Shown: positions 29,339 to 40,084, counted from the first letter of the stretch. The stretch: 64,000 nucleotides of DNA from Candidatus Aminicenantes bacterium (GCA_016927475.1 JAFGMO010000012.1:120875-184874); one strand, 5' to 3'. Translations and numbers: made by a program. The notes: generated from the sequence alone by a model not told the origin.

Positions 29339-29553
29339 TGGCTGATCCCATTTCACTGACCACGCCGATAGAAGAGATCGTTCTGCATTTCCCTGAAGCG
29401 GTTGGATTTTTATCTCGTCATGGAGTGAGATGCATTCGCTGCGGTGAGCCTTTATGGTGTACGCTGGGAGAACTTCTTGAAGAAGACAAAATAGAGAATC
29501 CCCAAAAGCTCGTGGAAAAGTTGAACGATTTTATAACTTCCGGAAACAAATAA
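29338..29553 (+). CDS. DUF1858-like small disulfide/redox protein
   Basis: 71 aa with CIRCGEPLWCTLGE. The start overlaps the ALDH7 stop (ATGG...). Confidence 0.5.
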   Translation: MADPISLTTPIEEIVLHFPEAVGFLSRHGVRCIRCGEPLWCTLGELLEEDKIENPQKLVEKLNDFITSGNK

Positions 29554-29724
29554 AACCTTTTGCTGTTTTTAAGGGCCATAAATGCTGTTTTATTTTAGCA
29601 GGGTGAGAAAACAAGAAAGGGAATTTTTACTGAGAGAAACAGTGTTTTGTTTGACTAATTTTAATGAATTCGATAAGGTTGGCCTTGATATTTCCCCTTT
29701 GAATGCAAAAAAAACGGATAGGAT

Positions 29725-30384
29725 GTGATGGCCCAAACGAAGGTAATTTATAAGCATATTGCCGTTGAAGGTGTGATGAAATCAGGAAAGACAAAACTGA
29801 CCAAGGCTCTGGCAAACAAAATCGGTGGAAAAATCATCCTCGACCGAAAGGAAAATCCCTATCTGTATGATTTTTATAATGAAAAAGAGGGAGCAGCCTT
29901 GTTGACTCAGCTCGTTTTTCTGGTCAATCGCTATCACCAGCAATCCAGGTTGCTGCAGAGGGATCTGTTCGAAGAAAGGTTGATTTGTAACTATCTCTTC
30001 GAAAAAGATAAGATTTATGCTTACCAGACTCTGACGGATGATGAACTTGTCGTTTATGATAAGATTTTCAGTATTTTTTCAGAAAGAATAGCCCGGCCCG
30101 ACCTGGCCGTGTATCTTCAGATATCCCTTCCTACTTTGTTGAAAAGGATTAAAAAAGAGGGAAATTCTTTGGAGAAGAATATTTCCGAGAAGTATCTTGA
30201 GGATATACTGGAGGCCTTCGATTATTTTTTCTTTTCGTATCAGGCATCCCCCCTCCTTGTCATCAAGGCCGATGACTTGGATTTCGATAAGGAGGAAGAC
30301 ATTTTAGACTTAGTGGAAAAGATTTCGGAAATGAAAAAAAGCCCTCTCTTTTATGTCCCTCTCGGAAAAGGGAAGACAGGATGA
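29725..30384 (+). CDS. deoxynucleoside kinase family protein
   Basis: A P-loop (IAVEGVMKSGKTKL) and the dNK/dCK-dGK family architecture. About 219 aa. Confidence 0.7.
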   Translation: MMAQTKVIYKHIAVEGVMKSGKTKLTKALANKIGGKIILDRKENPYLYDFYNEKEGAALLTQLVFLVNRYHQQSRLLQRDLFEERLICNYLFEKDKIYAYQTLTDDELVVYDKIFSIFSERIARPDLAVYLQISLPTLLKRIKKEGNSLEKNISEKYLEDILEAFDYFFFSYQASPLLVIKADDLDFDKEEDILDLVEKISEMKKSPLFYVPLGKGKTG

Positions 30385-30418
30385 GGGCGAAGGAATCCAC
30401 GGATTTTTTTGTTATAAT

Positions 30419-30466
30419 AAACCTGTATTATTCATGAGATGTGTGAAAAATTGTGAATAATGCGGA
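30419..30466 (-). mobile_element. minimal (~47 bp) MITE derivative: both terminal inverted repeats with 12-bp spacer
   Basis: aacctgtattattcatgag-N12-ttgtgaataatgcgg. These match the reverse complements of the right and left termini of the 256-bp element. Confidence 0.55.
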
Positions 30467-30526
30467 ATAATGACTTTACCTCAATCCCGATAATGTGAAA
30501 GGCGGGATGGGGAGAAAGGATTCATC

Positions 30527-31381
30527 ATGTCTGAGCTTAAAATTCCCAAAGTCACGATTCCCTCTTTGAGGGAGAAAAAAGCGAAGGGTGAAAAGATCGT
30601 CGCTCTGACAGCTTATGATTATCCGACGGCCAGGCTTCTGGATGAAGCCGGGGTTGATTTGATTCTTGTCGGAGACTCGTTGGGAATGGTTGTCCTCGGT
30701 TATGAAGATACCATTTCCGTAACTATGGAAGACATGCTCCACCACACCAAGCCGGTCGTCCGTGCGGCCAAAAGGGCTTTGGTGGTAGGAGATATGCCTT
30801 ATTTTTCCTTCCATCTCTCTGTCGAAGAATCTGTTTATAATGCCTCGAGGTTTTTGAAAGAAGCCGGTGCCAGGGCGGTCAAAATTGAAGGGGCTTCGAA
30901 GCGCAGGTTAAAGCTTGTAGAAGCTCTTGTTGAGGCGGAAATACCGGTTATGGGTCATGTCGGCCTGACACCACAGTCGATAAGCCACCTGGGGCAATTT
31001 CGTGTTGAAGGAAAGGTTCCCTCGGATGCACAAAAGATCCGTGAAGGAGCAAAAAATCTGGAAAAGGCCGGTGCGTTTTCCGTCATCTTGGAGAGCATTC
31101 CCATGGAATTGGCCCGGCTTATTACCGAAGACTTGACGATTCCCACCATAGGGATCGGTGCGGGCTCCTGTTGCAGCGGCCAGATCCTTGTTTTCCATGA
31201 TTTGGTGGGGTTTTCCAACGGATACCTGCCCAAGTTCGTCAAAAAGTATACCGACCTTCATAGTATCATTATCGAGGCCGTCAAGGCTTATGGTGATGAG
31301 GTCCGGTTGGGGAGCTTTCCGGGAGATGCCCATTCCTACCATCTTAAGGAAGAAACCCTAAAAAAAATAACCGGGTCTTGA
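30527..31381 (+). CDS. panB: 3-methyl-2-oxobutanoate hydroxymethyltransferase
   Basis: ALTAYDYPTARLLDEAGVDLILVGDSLGMV, the KPHMT signature. Confidence 0.9.
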   Translation: MSELKIPKVTIPSLREKKAKGEKIVALTAYDYPTARLLDEAGVDLILVGDSLGMVVLGYEDTISVTMEDMLHHTKPVVRAAKRALVVGDMPYFSFHLSVEESVYNASRFLKEAGARAVKIEGASKRRLKLVEALVEAEIPVMGHVGLTPQSISHLGQFRVEGKVPSDAQKIREGAKNLEKAGAFSVILESIPMELARLITEDLTIPTIGIGAGSCCSGQILVFHDLVGFSNGYLPKFVKKYTDLHSIIIEAVKAYGDEVRLGSFPGDAHSYHLKEETLKKITGS

Positions 31382-31436
31382 AATAATCCCGGAAATTGAA
31401 AAAGGGTAAAATCTTATTGGAGAGAATGAGAAAAAA

Positions 31437-32282
31437 ATGAAGATGATTACCAGCATTCAAGAAATGATGCGGGAGTCGGAGCGTTTGCGGGAGGAAAAGA
31501 AAAAAATCGGTTTTGTTCCGACCATGGGATTTCTCCATGATGGCCATCTCAGCCTTGTTGAAAGAAGTGTACACCACACAGATGTAACCGTTGTCAGTGT
31601 CTTCGTCAATCCAGCCCAGTTTGCTCCCCACGAGGATTTCAAGGAATATCCCCGTGATATCCAGAAAGACAAGCGGCTTCTGGAAAAAATGGGAGTCGAT
31701 ATCCTCTTTTGCCCGGATCAAGAGGAGATGTATCCGGAGGATTACAAAACGTTTGTCGAGGTTCATGGCTTTCAGGAAAAACTCTGCGGCCGCTCGCGTC
31801 CGATTTTTTTTCGCGGCGTGTGTACGGTTGTGCTAAAACTTTTTAACATCATTAGACCGGATACGGCATTTTTCGGACAAAAGGACGCCCAGCAGGCCGT
31901 CATTATTCAGAAGATGGTAAAAGACGTGAATTTTCCGGTTCATATCGAGGTGTTGCCCATCGTCAGGGAAAAAGACGGGCTGGCAAAAAGTTCCCGCAAT
32001 GCCTATTTGAACTCAAGGGAAAGGAAGGCCGCTCTTGTCCTTTTCCTTAGCCTGAAAGCGGCGGAAAGATGCCTGAAAAACGGCGAAAAAAATTCTTCAA
32101 TCATCTTGGCTGAGATAAAAAGAATTCTTGATTCTGAGCCCCTGGCGGAAGTGGAATACGTGGAAGTCGTCGATCCACGGAACCTGGAGCCCTTAAAAAG
32201 AATTAAGGACAGGGCATTGATTGCCTTAGCCGTCAAGGTAGGAAAGACGAGGCTCATAGATAATCTAACCATAGGAGTGTAA
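31437..32282 (+). CDS. panC: pantoate--beta-alanine ligase
   Basis: VPTMGFLHDGHLSL, the HIGH-type motif of PanC. Confidence 0.9.
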   Translation: MKMITSIQEMMRESERLREEKKKIGFVPTMGFLHDGHLSLVERSVHHTDVTVVSVFVNPAQFAPHEDFKEYPRDIQKDKRLLEKMGVDILFCPDQEEMYPEDYKTFVEVHGFQEKLCGRSRPIFFRGVCTVVLKLFNIIRPDTAFFGQKDAQQAVIIQKMVKDVNFPVHIEVLPIVREKDGLAKSSRNAYLNSRERKAALVLFLSLKAAERCLKNGEKNSSIILAEIKRILDSEPLAEVEYVEVVDPRNLEPLKRIKDRALIALAVKVGKTRLIDNLTIGV

Positions 32283-32286
32283 TGCT

Positions 32287-32643
32287 ATGAAAAGAACCAT
32301 GCTCAAATCTAAAATCCATAATATTGAAGTGACGGAAACAAACCTTGAATATGAAGGAAGCCTGACTCTCGATGAGAGTTTAATGCAAGAGGCCGACATG
32401 GTACCCTTTGAGCAGATAAACGTCTACAACATCACCAATGGTGAACGGTTTGCTACATACTTGATAAAAGGAAAGAAAGATTCAGGTGTTGTGGGTGTCA
32501 ATGGAGCCGCGGCCCACAAGGTCAAAAAGGGCGACCGGCTGATCCTGGCCACTTATGCCCAAATGGAGGATAAAGATATTGATTTTTTCAGGCCCCGTAT
32601 TCTTGTCTGCGGTCCGGGCAATAAGATAAAATCCTCCGGTTGA
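32287..32643 (+). CDS. panD: aspartate 1-decarboxylase
   Basis: MKRTMLKSKIHNIEVTETNLEYEGSLT includes the self-cleavage G-S site and the pyruvoyl-enzyme fold. 118 aa. Confidence 0.9.
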   Translation: MKRTMLKSKIHNIEVTETNLEYEGSLTLDESLMQEADMVPFEQINVYNITNGERFATYLIKGKKDSGVVGVNGAAAHKVKKGDRLILATYAQMEDKDIDFFRPRILVCGPGNKIKSSG

Positions 32644-32781
32644 ATGAATAAGGCCCGGCATCTTAATCATACACAGGGCGAAACGGGCTGTTCGAGTGCC
32701 GATGATAATGCGGTGTTGGAAAGAAAAAGCGGAAGGGGAAGATCTGCCGGCGGGAAATAGGGGATTGTATGGGCTTCCGGA

Positions 32782-33060
32782 TTATCCCGATGCCCACTCC
32801 TTGAGTTTTTCGTATTCCATTTCACCGCAGATGACGTCCTGGTTTTCCGTGTTGAAAAACGTGGGTGTTCGAAGCTGGCCGCCGCATTTCGGTTCGATAA
32901 TATCCCGGTAGGACCTCATCAAGTCGGCGTTTTTTTCATTATGCCAGACTTCCAGCTTTTCGATGGATAACCCTGTTTCTTTTTCAAGTTTATCCACGAG
33001 GGGCATCATCACCTTGCAGTGGGGACATTCCCTGCCGTGGAACATAATCAGCTTAGCCAT
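32782..33060 (-). CDS. glutaredoxin/thioredoxin-like small redox protein
   Basis: A CPHC active site within a thioredoxin fold. 92 aa. It overlaps the upstream FTR-like gene by 8 bp. Confidence 0.65.
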   Translation of the reverse strand: MAKLIMFHGRECPHCKVMMPLVDKLEKETGLSIEKLEVWHNEKNADLMRSYRDIIEPKCGGQLRTPTFFNTENQDVICGEMEYEKLKEWASG

Positions 33061-33487
33061 TTTCTTTTCTCCTTATAAAAAGACCGCACCAACATTCCCC
33101 GTCGGGTTTGTTTTTGTAAGTCTCATGGATAAAAAAGCGGCACGGACAAACGAGCATCAGGTCTTTTTTTGGGTCCTTGCTGGATAAACGGCAGGGGCAG
33201 TATTTCAAACCGTGGTTCTTTTCGTTTTGAAATATTCCCTCAATCAGCATGCTGACCTTTTCCTTGTCCGGATTAACTTGAAACTCTTTATTTTCCGATA
33301 AGGCTTCAATCGCCTTCAGAAATTCTTGTTTGTTTATAGACTTGGTTGTGTAACTGCAGATTTTAATGGCTTCATCCGAGTTCGTTTCCACATAAGCGTT
33401 TTTTGCCGAGCACGTCGGGCAGATTTCTGGTGGTTTGACGCCATAATGAATATCGTTGCAGACATGACAACGGTAAAATTTTTTCAT
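33053..33487 (-). CDS. ferredoxin:thioredoxin reductase catalytic-subunit-like protein with N-terminal rubredoxin-like zinc ribbon
   Basis: N-terminal CHVC..(17)..CPTC rubredoxin-type knuckles. The C-terminal CPCR...CPCR...CWCGLF matches FTR catalytic beta-chain Cys motifs. Confidence 0.6.
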   Translation of the reverse strand: MKKFYRCHVCNDIHYGVKPPEICPTCSAKNAYVETNSDEAIKICSYTTKSINKQEFLKAIEALSENKEFQVNPDKEKVSMLIEGIFQNEKNHGLKYCPCRLSSKDPKKDLMLVCPCRFFIHETYKNKPDGECWCGLFIRRKENG

Positions 33488-33591
33488 CGTGTTTTCCTTT
33501 GCGAATTTTAGCCTGGATTATTCAGGTTGATAATCGTAAATATTCAGGGTTGAGTTCTCACTCTTCATTGTTTTGTTTCAAAAACAAGGAA

Positions 33592-35055
33592 TTATTCCAG
33601 ATGGTAATTGGGGGGCTCTTTGGTGATGATAACGTCATGAACATGGCTTTCCCGGATACCCGCGTTGGAAATTTTTATAAAACGGGCCTTGGTCTGGAGG
33701 TCTTCGATTTTTGGGCAGCCTGCATAACCCATTCCGGATTTTAAACCCCCGACCATCATCTGGATGATTCGAGCGGCACTTCCTTTATAGGGAACGCGGC
33801 CTTCAATGCCTTCGGGGACCAGTTTTGCATCGTCCGAACCAGGTTCCTGAAAATAGCGGTCACGGCTGCCCTGACGCATAGCTTCGATGGAACCCATGCC
33901 ACGGTAGGTTTTGTATGACCGCCCCTGGTAGATGATAACGTCTCCGGGCGACTCATCGGTGCCGGCCAGAATGTTTCCCACCATGACCGTATCAGCTCCG
34001 GCGGCGATAGCCTTGGTTATGTCGCCTGAATATTTTATGCCGCCATCAGCGATGACGGGGACATTTTTTTTGGAGCTTATCCGGTAGACATCAGCGATGG
34101 CTGTTATCTGAGGAATGCCGGCTCCGGAAATTACTCTGGTGGTACAGATGGAACCCGGTCCGACACCAACTTTAACAGCGTCGACTCCCAAGTCGATAAG
34201 CTCTTCCGCAGCTTCGGAGGTTCCGATATTTCCGGCGATAAGTTCCTGACTGGGAAATTTATCTTTGATTAAGGTAATCGTTTCCAGAACTTTCTTGGAA
34301 TGCCCGTGAGCCGTATCGATGACGAGAACATCGATATTGGCGTCGACCAGAGCTTTGGCTCTTTTCAGGCTGTCTTCGCCTACGCCGATGGCCGCACCGA
34401 CCCGAAGCCTGCCGAATTCGTCTTTGGAAGCAAAGGGGTATTGGCGTTTTTTGAGAATATCTTTATAGGTGATCAGACCTTTTAGATGAAATGTCTCATC
34501 CACCATCATGATTTTTTCGATTTTATGCTTATGAAAAAGTTTTTCCGCTTCTTCCAGGGAAGTGCCCAGAGGGACCGTGATCAGGTCTTTGGTCATAACT
34601 TCACTGATTGTCAGGTTAAGCCGGGTTTCGAAACGGATATCCCTGTTAGTCAGGATTCCCAAAAGTTTGTTGTCTTTGTCGGTAATGGGTAGTCCGGAAA
34701 TCCTGTATTTTTTCATGACCTCGATAGCTTCGTATATTCGGTTGTCCGGTCTCATGGTGATGGGATCGACGATCATTCCGCTTTCGTATCTCTTGACCTT
34801 ATCTGCTTCCTCAGCCTGCTTTTCAACAGCCAGATTTTTGTGGATGATCCCCATGCCTCCTTGTTGGGCCAGGGCGATGGCCATCTTCGATTCCGTTACC
34901 GTATCCATGGCTGCGCTGACAAGAGGAATTTTCAGGGTGATGTTCCGGCTCAGACGGGATGAAACATCTACATGGGCGGGTATAACCAAAGATTTGGCGG
35001 GAAGAATAAGGATGTCTTCAAAGGTTAAACCTTCCTTTATTTTGCCTTCGAGCAT
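33592..35055 (-). CDS. guaB: IMP dehydrogenase
   Basis: TIM barrel with a CBS pair insertion, and catalytic loop GSICTT / GGIKYSGD. Confidence 0.9.
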   Translation of the reverse strand: MLEGKIKEGLTFEDILILPAKSLVIPAHVDVSSRLSRNITLKIPLVSAAMDTVTESKMAIALAQQGGMGIIHKNLAVEKQAEEADKVKRYESGMIVDPITMRPDNRIYEAIEVMKKYRISGLPITDKDNKLLGILTNRDIRFETRLNLTISEVMTKDLITVPLGTSLEEAEKLFHKHKIEKIMMVDETFHLKGLITYKDILKKRQYPFASKDEFGRLRVGAAIGVGEDSLKRAKALVDANIDVLVIDTAHGHSKKVLETITLIKDKFPSQELIAGNIGTSEAAEELIDLGVDAVKVGVGPGSICTTRVISGAGIPQITAIADVYRISSKKNVPVIADGGIKYSGDITKAIAAGADTVMVGNILAGTDESPGDVIIYQGRSYKTYRGMGSIEAMRQGSRDRYFQEPGSDDAKLVPEGIEGRVPYKGSAARIIQMMVGGLKSGMGYAGCPKIEDLQTKARFIKISNAGIRESHVHDVIITKEPPNYHLE

Positions 35056-35068
35056 AATTGCCCCCCCA

Positions 35069-37681
35069 TCATCTTTTTCTTTTCTTCTTTTTCCTTTTTT
35101 TGGGAATCATGGCGCGTGCCTTTTTTACCCTGACCGATCCCGATGGAGATCCCTGGGCCCGCTGGTAATAAACCGGCTGTTCTTTTCTTTCCGGAAGTTC
35201 TTCCTGGGGAATCGGCTGAAAAAAGTAAAGATAGCGAATCTGTTCTTCTTCGACATGGTCCATCATGGCCTGGAACATGTCATAGCTTTCTTTTTTGTAT
35301 TCGACGAGCGGATCCCTCTGGCCGTATCCTCGCAAGCCGATTCCTTCCTTGAGGTAGTCCATGGCCAGAAGATGATCCTTCCACCGGGAATCGATAGTTT
35401 GAAGCATGACCACTCTTTCGAATTCCCGCATGTTTTCCTCGCCGATAAGATTTTCCTTTTCTTGATAAATGTCTTTCAGGGTGCTCAATATTTTTTCTCT
35501 GAGTTCGTCATAGTTCACGGAATCCCATTCGATCTTGATATCGTCCAGGTTGAGATTAAATTGAGAAGTGATGGCGTTTTTAAAGCCTTCGATTTCCCAT
35601 TCCTCGGGATCCGTTTCCTTGTTGGTGTGGGTATCCATAAACCAGTCGACCAGCGATTCGGCCAGCTCCAGGACGTATGCTTTCTTATCTTTGCCGGACA
35701 GGATTTCGCGTCTCAACTTATAAATGCTCTCCCGCTGTTTGTTCATTACATCGTCGTATTCAAGAAGGTGCTTTCGAATCGAGAAATTCTGTCCCTCTAC
35801 TTGTTTTTGGGCCCTTTCGATGGCCCGGCTGACCATGTTATGTTCGATGGGGACGCCTTCTCCCATCCCGATACGCGACATCAATCCTGAAATCCTCTCG
35901 GATCCGAAAATACGCATGAGGTCATCTTCGAGAGAGAGGTAAAATCGCGAGGATCCCGGGTCGCCCTGCCGTCCGGCCCTGCCGCGGAGCTGGTTATCGA
36001 TTCTTCGTGCTTCATGCCGTTCGGTACCGATGACATGGAGGCCGCCCAGGCTTACGACTTCGTCGTGGCCTTTGTCCGTTTCTTTTTTTGTTTCCGCTAC
36101 CGCCCTTTGCCATTCCTGTTCGGGTACGGTGGAGAGGTCCTTTCCCGAATGTCTGATGTTTTCTTCAGCCATATGTTCAGGATTTCCGCCGAGAAGGATG
36201 TCAACTCCGCGGCCGGCCATGTTGGTGGCGATGGTCACCGCCCCTATTCTTCCGGCCTGGGCGACAATCTTGGCTTCCATTTCATGGTACTTGGCATTGA
36301 GGACGACATGCTTGACGCTTTTTTTTCTCAGTAGGGAGCTGAGGTGCTCCGAATTTTCGATAGAGGTCGTACCGACGAGAAGGGGACGCCCCTTGGTGTT
36401 GTTCTCCAGGATCTCCTCGACGACAGCAGTCCATTTCTCTTCACCCGTTCTGTAGATGACATCGGGGTATTCATGCCGGATGAGGGGCTTATTCGTTGGA
36501 ATCTCAACGACATCCAGTTTATAGATGGTATGAAATTCCGTGGCTTCCGTCGCGGCCGTTCCTGTCATGCCGGCCAACTTGTCGTACATTCTGAAATAAT
36601 TCTGAAAGGTTATGGAAGCGAGGGTTTGGTATTCTTCCTCAATGCGTACTTTTTCTTTGGCTTCCAGAGCCTGGTGAAGTCCGTCGCTGTACCTCCTTCC
36701 CGGCATAAGGCGGCCGGTGAATTCATCAACGATGATTACTTTTCCGTCTTTGAGCATGTAGTCCTTATCTTTTCTAAAAAGGTGATGGGCTTTGAGTGAT
36801 TGGTTGATGTGATGAACAAGTTCCATATGGGATGGAACGTAGAGATTATCCACTTTAAGGTATTTTTCCGATTCAGCTACTCCATCTTCCAAAAGGGCTA
36901 CGGTCCGGGTCTTCTCATCCACTTGAAAATGGGTGTCTTTATGAAGACGGCGGACGAGACCGTCAATCTTGTAATAGACGGATGTCGATTCTTCGGTCGG
37001 ACCGGAAATGATAAGCGGGGTCCGTGCTTCGTCGATAAGGATGCTGTCCACTTCGTCCACGATGGCGAAATGATGATTTTTTTGGACGATGTCGGCGTAG
37101 CGGAACTTCATATTGTCTCGCAGGTAATCGAATCCGAATTCGTTATTGGTTCCGTAGGTGATGTCGCTTTCGTAGGACGACATCCGTTCGGCGTCACCCA
37201 TATCATGCTGGATGGTACCTACTTCGAAGCCCAGAAAATTGTAGATGGGACCCATCCATTCTGTGTCCCTTTTTGCCAGATAGTCATTGACGGTGACGAT
37301 ATGGACACCTTTCCCTATCAGAGCATTGAGGTAAGCGGGAAGAGTAGCCGCCAGGGTTTTTCCTTCACCGGTTTTCATCTCCGCGATCTTTCCTTCGTGG
37401 AGTACGATGCCTCCGATGAGCTGAACATCAAAATGGCGCATATTAAGCAGACGTTTTCCAGTTTCCCTAACAACGGCAAAAGCTTCATCACGAATGTCTT
37501 CGAGGGTTGCTCCCTGACTGAGTTTTTCCTTGAAAAAAGCTGTTTTTGCCTTGAGCTGCTCGTTGCTCAGTTTCTGGATTTCAGGCTCCAGTTCGTTGAT
37601 GTGGACGATCTGGGCGCGTAGTTTTTTGAGGATGCGGTCGTTGGCCGTACCGAAAATTTTTCGAATGAGGAATTTTACCAT
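35069..37681 (-). CDS. secA: preprotein translocase ATPase SecA
   Basis: 870 aa with DEAD-like motor motifs ([28 protein letters not shown]) and a C-terminal basic tail. Confidence 0.95.
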   Translation of the reverse strand: MVKFLIRKIFGTANDRILKKLRAQIVHINELEPEIQKLSNEQLKAKTAFFKEKLSQGATLEDIRDEAFAVVRETGKRLLNMRHFDVQLIGGIVLHEGKIAEMKTGEGKTLAATLPAYLNALIGKGVHIVTVNDYLAKRDTEWMGPIYNFLGFEVGTIQHDMGDAERMSSYESDITYGTNNEFGFDYLRDNMKFRYADIVQKNHHFAIVDEVDSILIDEARTPLIISGPTEESTSVYYKIDGLVRRLHKDTHFQVDEKTRTVALLEDGVAESEKYLKVDNLYVPSHMELVHHINQSLKAHHLFRKDKDYMLKDGKVIIVDEFTGRLMPGRRYSDGLHQALEAKEKVRIEEEYQTLASITFQNYFRMYDKLAGMTGTAATEATEFHTIYKLDVVEIPTNKPLIRHEYPDVIYRTGEEKWTAVVEEILENNTKGRPLLVGTTSIENSEHLSSLLRKKSVKHVVLNAKYHEMEAKIVAQAGRIGAVTIATNMAGRGVDILLGGNPEHMAEENIRHSGKDLSTVPEQEWQRAVAETKKETDKGHDEVVSLGGLHVIGTERHEARRIDNQLRGRAGRQGDPGSSRFYLSLEDDLMRIFGSERISGLMSRIGMGEGVPIEHNMVSRAIERAQKQVEGQNFSIRKHLLEYDDVMNKQRESIYKLRREILSGKDKKAYVLELAESLVDWFMDTHTNKETDPEEWEIEGFKNAITSQFNLNLDDIKIEWDSVNYDELREKILSTLKDIYQEKENLIGEENMREFERVVMLQTIDSRWKDHLLAMDYLKEGIGLRGYGQRDPLVEYKKESYDMFQAMMDHVEEEQIRYLYFFQPIPQEELPERKEQPVYYQRAQGSPSGSVRVKKARAMIPKKRKKKKRKR

Positions 37682-37846
37682 TTACGTATTATTAGCAGAA
37701 AGCCCATTGATTTGTCAATTGAGTATCGAAACGGCGATAACAGGATATGAAATGCCCACTCAAGATGTAATGCCTTCGATCTTTTTAAAAAATTCAAAGA
37801 ATGGAGGGAACTTCAGACAAATTTTCATTGATTTTTTTTGTTGGAT

Positions 37847-37865
37847 GCATTATTATCATTCGATT
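37847..37865 (+). promoter_or_regulatory. candidate Fur box upstream of feoA
   Basis: gcattattatcattcgatt resembles the Fur consensus (GATAATGATAATCATTATC) about 35-50 bp upstream of the feoA start. It lies in an AT-rich divergent promoter region between secA and feoAB. Confidence 0.3.
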
Positions 37866-37899
37866 TTAAGCATTTTTGCGACATGGGTCCGATATAACG

Positions 37900-38145
37900 A
37901 TGATAAGTTTGATAGATGCACCGTCTGATACGCCCCTGCGTATTGTCGATATTCATGGGGGACATGGTTTCCGCCGACGGTTTTTTGCCTTGGGTTTTCA
38001 TAAGAATAACCTCATTGAGCTTGATTCCAAAAGCATCATGCGGGGACCGGTCCTTGTCCGGAATATTTCGAACGGAACTTCTCTTGCCATCGGTCGGGGG
38101 GTCGCTCAAAAGATATGGGTAGAAATCGTTGGCGAACAAAAATAA
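37900..38145 (+). CDS. feoA: ferrous iron transport protein A (FeoA, SH3-like)
   Basis: LRIVDIHGGHGFRRRFFALGF...G..I, a FeoA-domain signature. It overlaps the feoB start. Confidence 0.6.
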   Translation: MISLIDAPSDTPLRIVDIHGGHGFRRRFFALGFHKNNLIELDSKSIMRGPVLVRNISNGTSLAIGRGVAQKIWVEIVGEQK

Positions 38146-40063
38146 ATATCCCGTTGTTGTTTTCATCGGGCAGCCTAATTGTGGGAAAAGCACCCTTTTT
38201 AATGCCGTTGCCGGCTTGAAAGCGGAAACGTCCAACTTTCCCGGAACTTCGGTTAAGCACACACACAGTAAAGTCAATTATGGGGGCCGGATTTTCAACA
38301 TCATCGATCTTCCGGGGACATATTCCCTCAATCCGTCTGATCCTGCTGAGAAGGTTGCCCTGACCCATCTTTTCTCGGAAAAACCGGACCTGGTTATCAA
38401 TGTTGTGGATGCTTCCATTTTGGGAAGGAGCCTGGAATTCACACTGGAGCTAATCGAACTGGGCTACCCGATGGTTATCGCTCTGAACATGACCGACCTT
38501 GCCGAAAAAAAAGGAATCGAAACGGATATCAAAAAACTGGAGAGATTATTAGGTGTGGCTGTTGTTCCCACCGTTGCTTATCATGGCCGGGGAATAAAAG
38601 AGCTTCTTGAAGCCGCTTTCCATTGTCTGGATGAGGGAGGGTGTGCCGCCCATAAAAGGTGGTCGCGGGATGTAGAGAATAAAATTCAGGAAATGATGCA
38701 CAATCTCCCCCGCGATTTTCCTGTTGTCGGCAATCCTCGCTTCACCGCTATTAAAATGATTGAGGCGGAAAACCTGCTGTTCAATGAATTTCTCCAGGAA
38801 CTCAGACCGGATCTTAAAAAAAGATTGGATAAAGTACGGAAAGACCTGGAAGATATGCACAATGCTCCTGCTTATGAGGTCATAGCTGCGGAACGGCATC
38901 ATTTGGCCATGAAAATTTTCGAAGAAAGCAGTACGGTTAAGAGAGGAGCGAAGAGAGCCTTACTGGAACGTATGGATGATCTCATTATGCATCCTATCCT
39001 GGGATATTTTATTCTTCTTGGTGTTCTGGTTGGTTTCTTTCTCGTCATTTTTAAGATCGGAAGCCCTTTGGAGGAAATTCTCCTCGAACCGGTCGGGCAG
39101 CTGAGGGAATTTTTGTCTTCTACGCTGGGCAGTGGTTTCCTTTTTTATGTGGTCGACGGCCTTATCCAGGGCGTAGGAGGAGGAATCGCTATCGTCCTCC
39201 CTTTTTTTGTTCCCCTCATTTTTATCATGTCCTTTCTGGAGGATGTGGGCTATCTCGCCAGAGCCGGATTTCTCATGGACAATTTTATGCATGGGATAGG
39301 ACTCCACGGTAAATCCGTTTCACCTTTTATCCTGGGCTTTGGCTGTAATGTTCCGGCCATTGTATCTACGCGGATTCTTGAGTCGAGGCGAGACCGGGTC
39401 ATCACGTCGCTGCTTATTCCTTTTATTCCCTGTTCGGCCCGGACAACGATCATCCTGGCTCTGGTTGCCTTTTATTTGGGGCCTATGTGGGCCTTTGGCT
39501 TTTATGTCTTCAACATGCTGCTCATCGGCTTATTGGGTAGGGTGATGAGTTTTTTTTACAAAGAACCTTCTCCGGGCCTTATCCTGGAAATTCCTTCTTT
39601 GAAACTCCCTTCGCTGAAAAACATGATACAGAAGACCTATTTCCAGTTAAAATCATTCATGTTATTTGCCTGGCCCATCCTGATTGTTGGAAGTATCGTC
39701 CTGGGGCTTTTACAGTTTTTTCAAATCGATGGCGTTATCAATACGGTCCTGGCGCCTTTGGTTGAAAAGGGACTGGGACTTCCGCGGGAAACGGGAGTGA
39801 CGTTGATCTTCGGATTTTTGCGAAAAGAGCTGTCGCTGGTTATGATGCTTCAAGCCCTGGGCGTGAGCTATCATGATTTGATGACGGTCGTCAGCCGGGA
39901 GCAGATATTGGTTTTCACCGTTTTTGTCAGTTTTTTTATTCCCTGTTTGTCGACGGTGGCCATCATATGGAAAGAGCTTGGGGCCAGGATTGCTTTTTTA
40001 TCCATAGCTCTGAATGTGACGGTGGCTGTAACTCTTAGTATGCTGGTCAGGTTGGTCATATAA
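38129..40063 (+). CDS. feoB: ferrous iron transport protein B
   Basis: An N-terminal G-domain (GQPNCGKSTLFN, DLPG) followed by a polytopic membrane domain. 644 aa. Confidence 0.9.
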   Translation: MANKNKYPVVVFIGQPNCGKSTLFNAVAGLKAETSNFPGTSVKHTHSKVNYGGRIFNIIDLPGTYSLNPSDPAEKVALTHLFSEKPDLVINVVDASILGRSLEFTLELIELGYPMVIALNMTDLAEKKGIETDIKKLERLLGVAVVPTVAYHGRGIKELLEAAFHCLDEGGCAAHKRWSRDVENKIQEMMHNLPRDFPVVGNPRFTAIKMIEAENLLFNEFLQELRPDLKKRLDKVRKDLEDMHNAPAYEVIAAERHHLAMKIFEESSTVKRGAKRALLERMDDLIMHPILGYFILLGVLVGFFLVIFKIGSPLEEILLEPVGQLREFLSSTLGSGFLFYVVDGLIQGVGGGIAIVLPFFVPLIFIMSFLEDVGYLARAGFLMDNFMHGIGLHGKSVSPFILGFGCNVPAIVSTRILESRRDRVITSLLIPFIPCSARTTIILALVAFYLGPMWAFGFYVFNMLLIGLLGRVMSFFYKEPSPGLILEIPSLKLPSLKNMIQKTYFQLKSFMLFAWPILIVGSIVLGLLQFFQIDGVINTVLAPLVEKGLGLPRETGVTLIFGFLRKELSLVMMLQALGVSYHDLMTVVSREQILVFTVFVSFFIPCLSTVAIIWKELGARIAFLSIALNVTVAVTLSMLVRLVI

Positions 40064-40084
40064 ACCGTATTTCAGGAGCTGTTT

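Noticed and set aside
34562-37621. Long plus-strand ORFs (34562..35890, 442 aa; 36800..37621, 273 aa; 36344..36799) antisense to guaB/secA
   Set aside because: They are antisense to highly conserved essential genes, have hydrophobic low-complexity translations and show no motifs.
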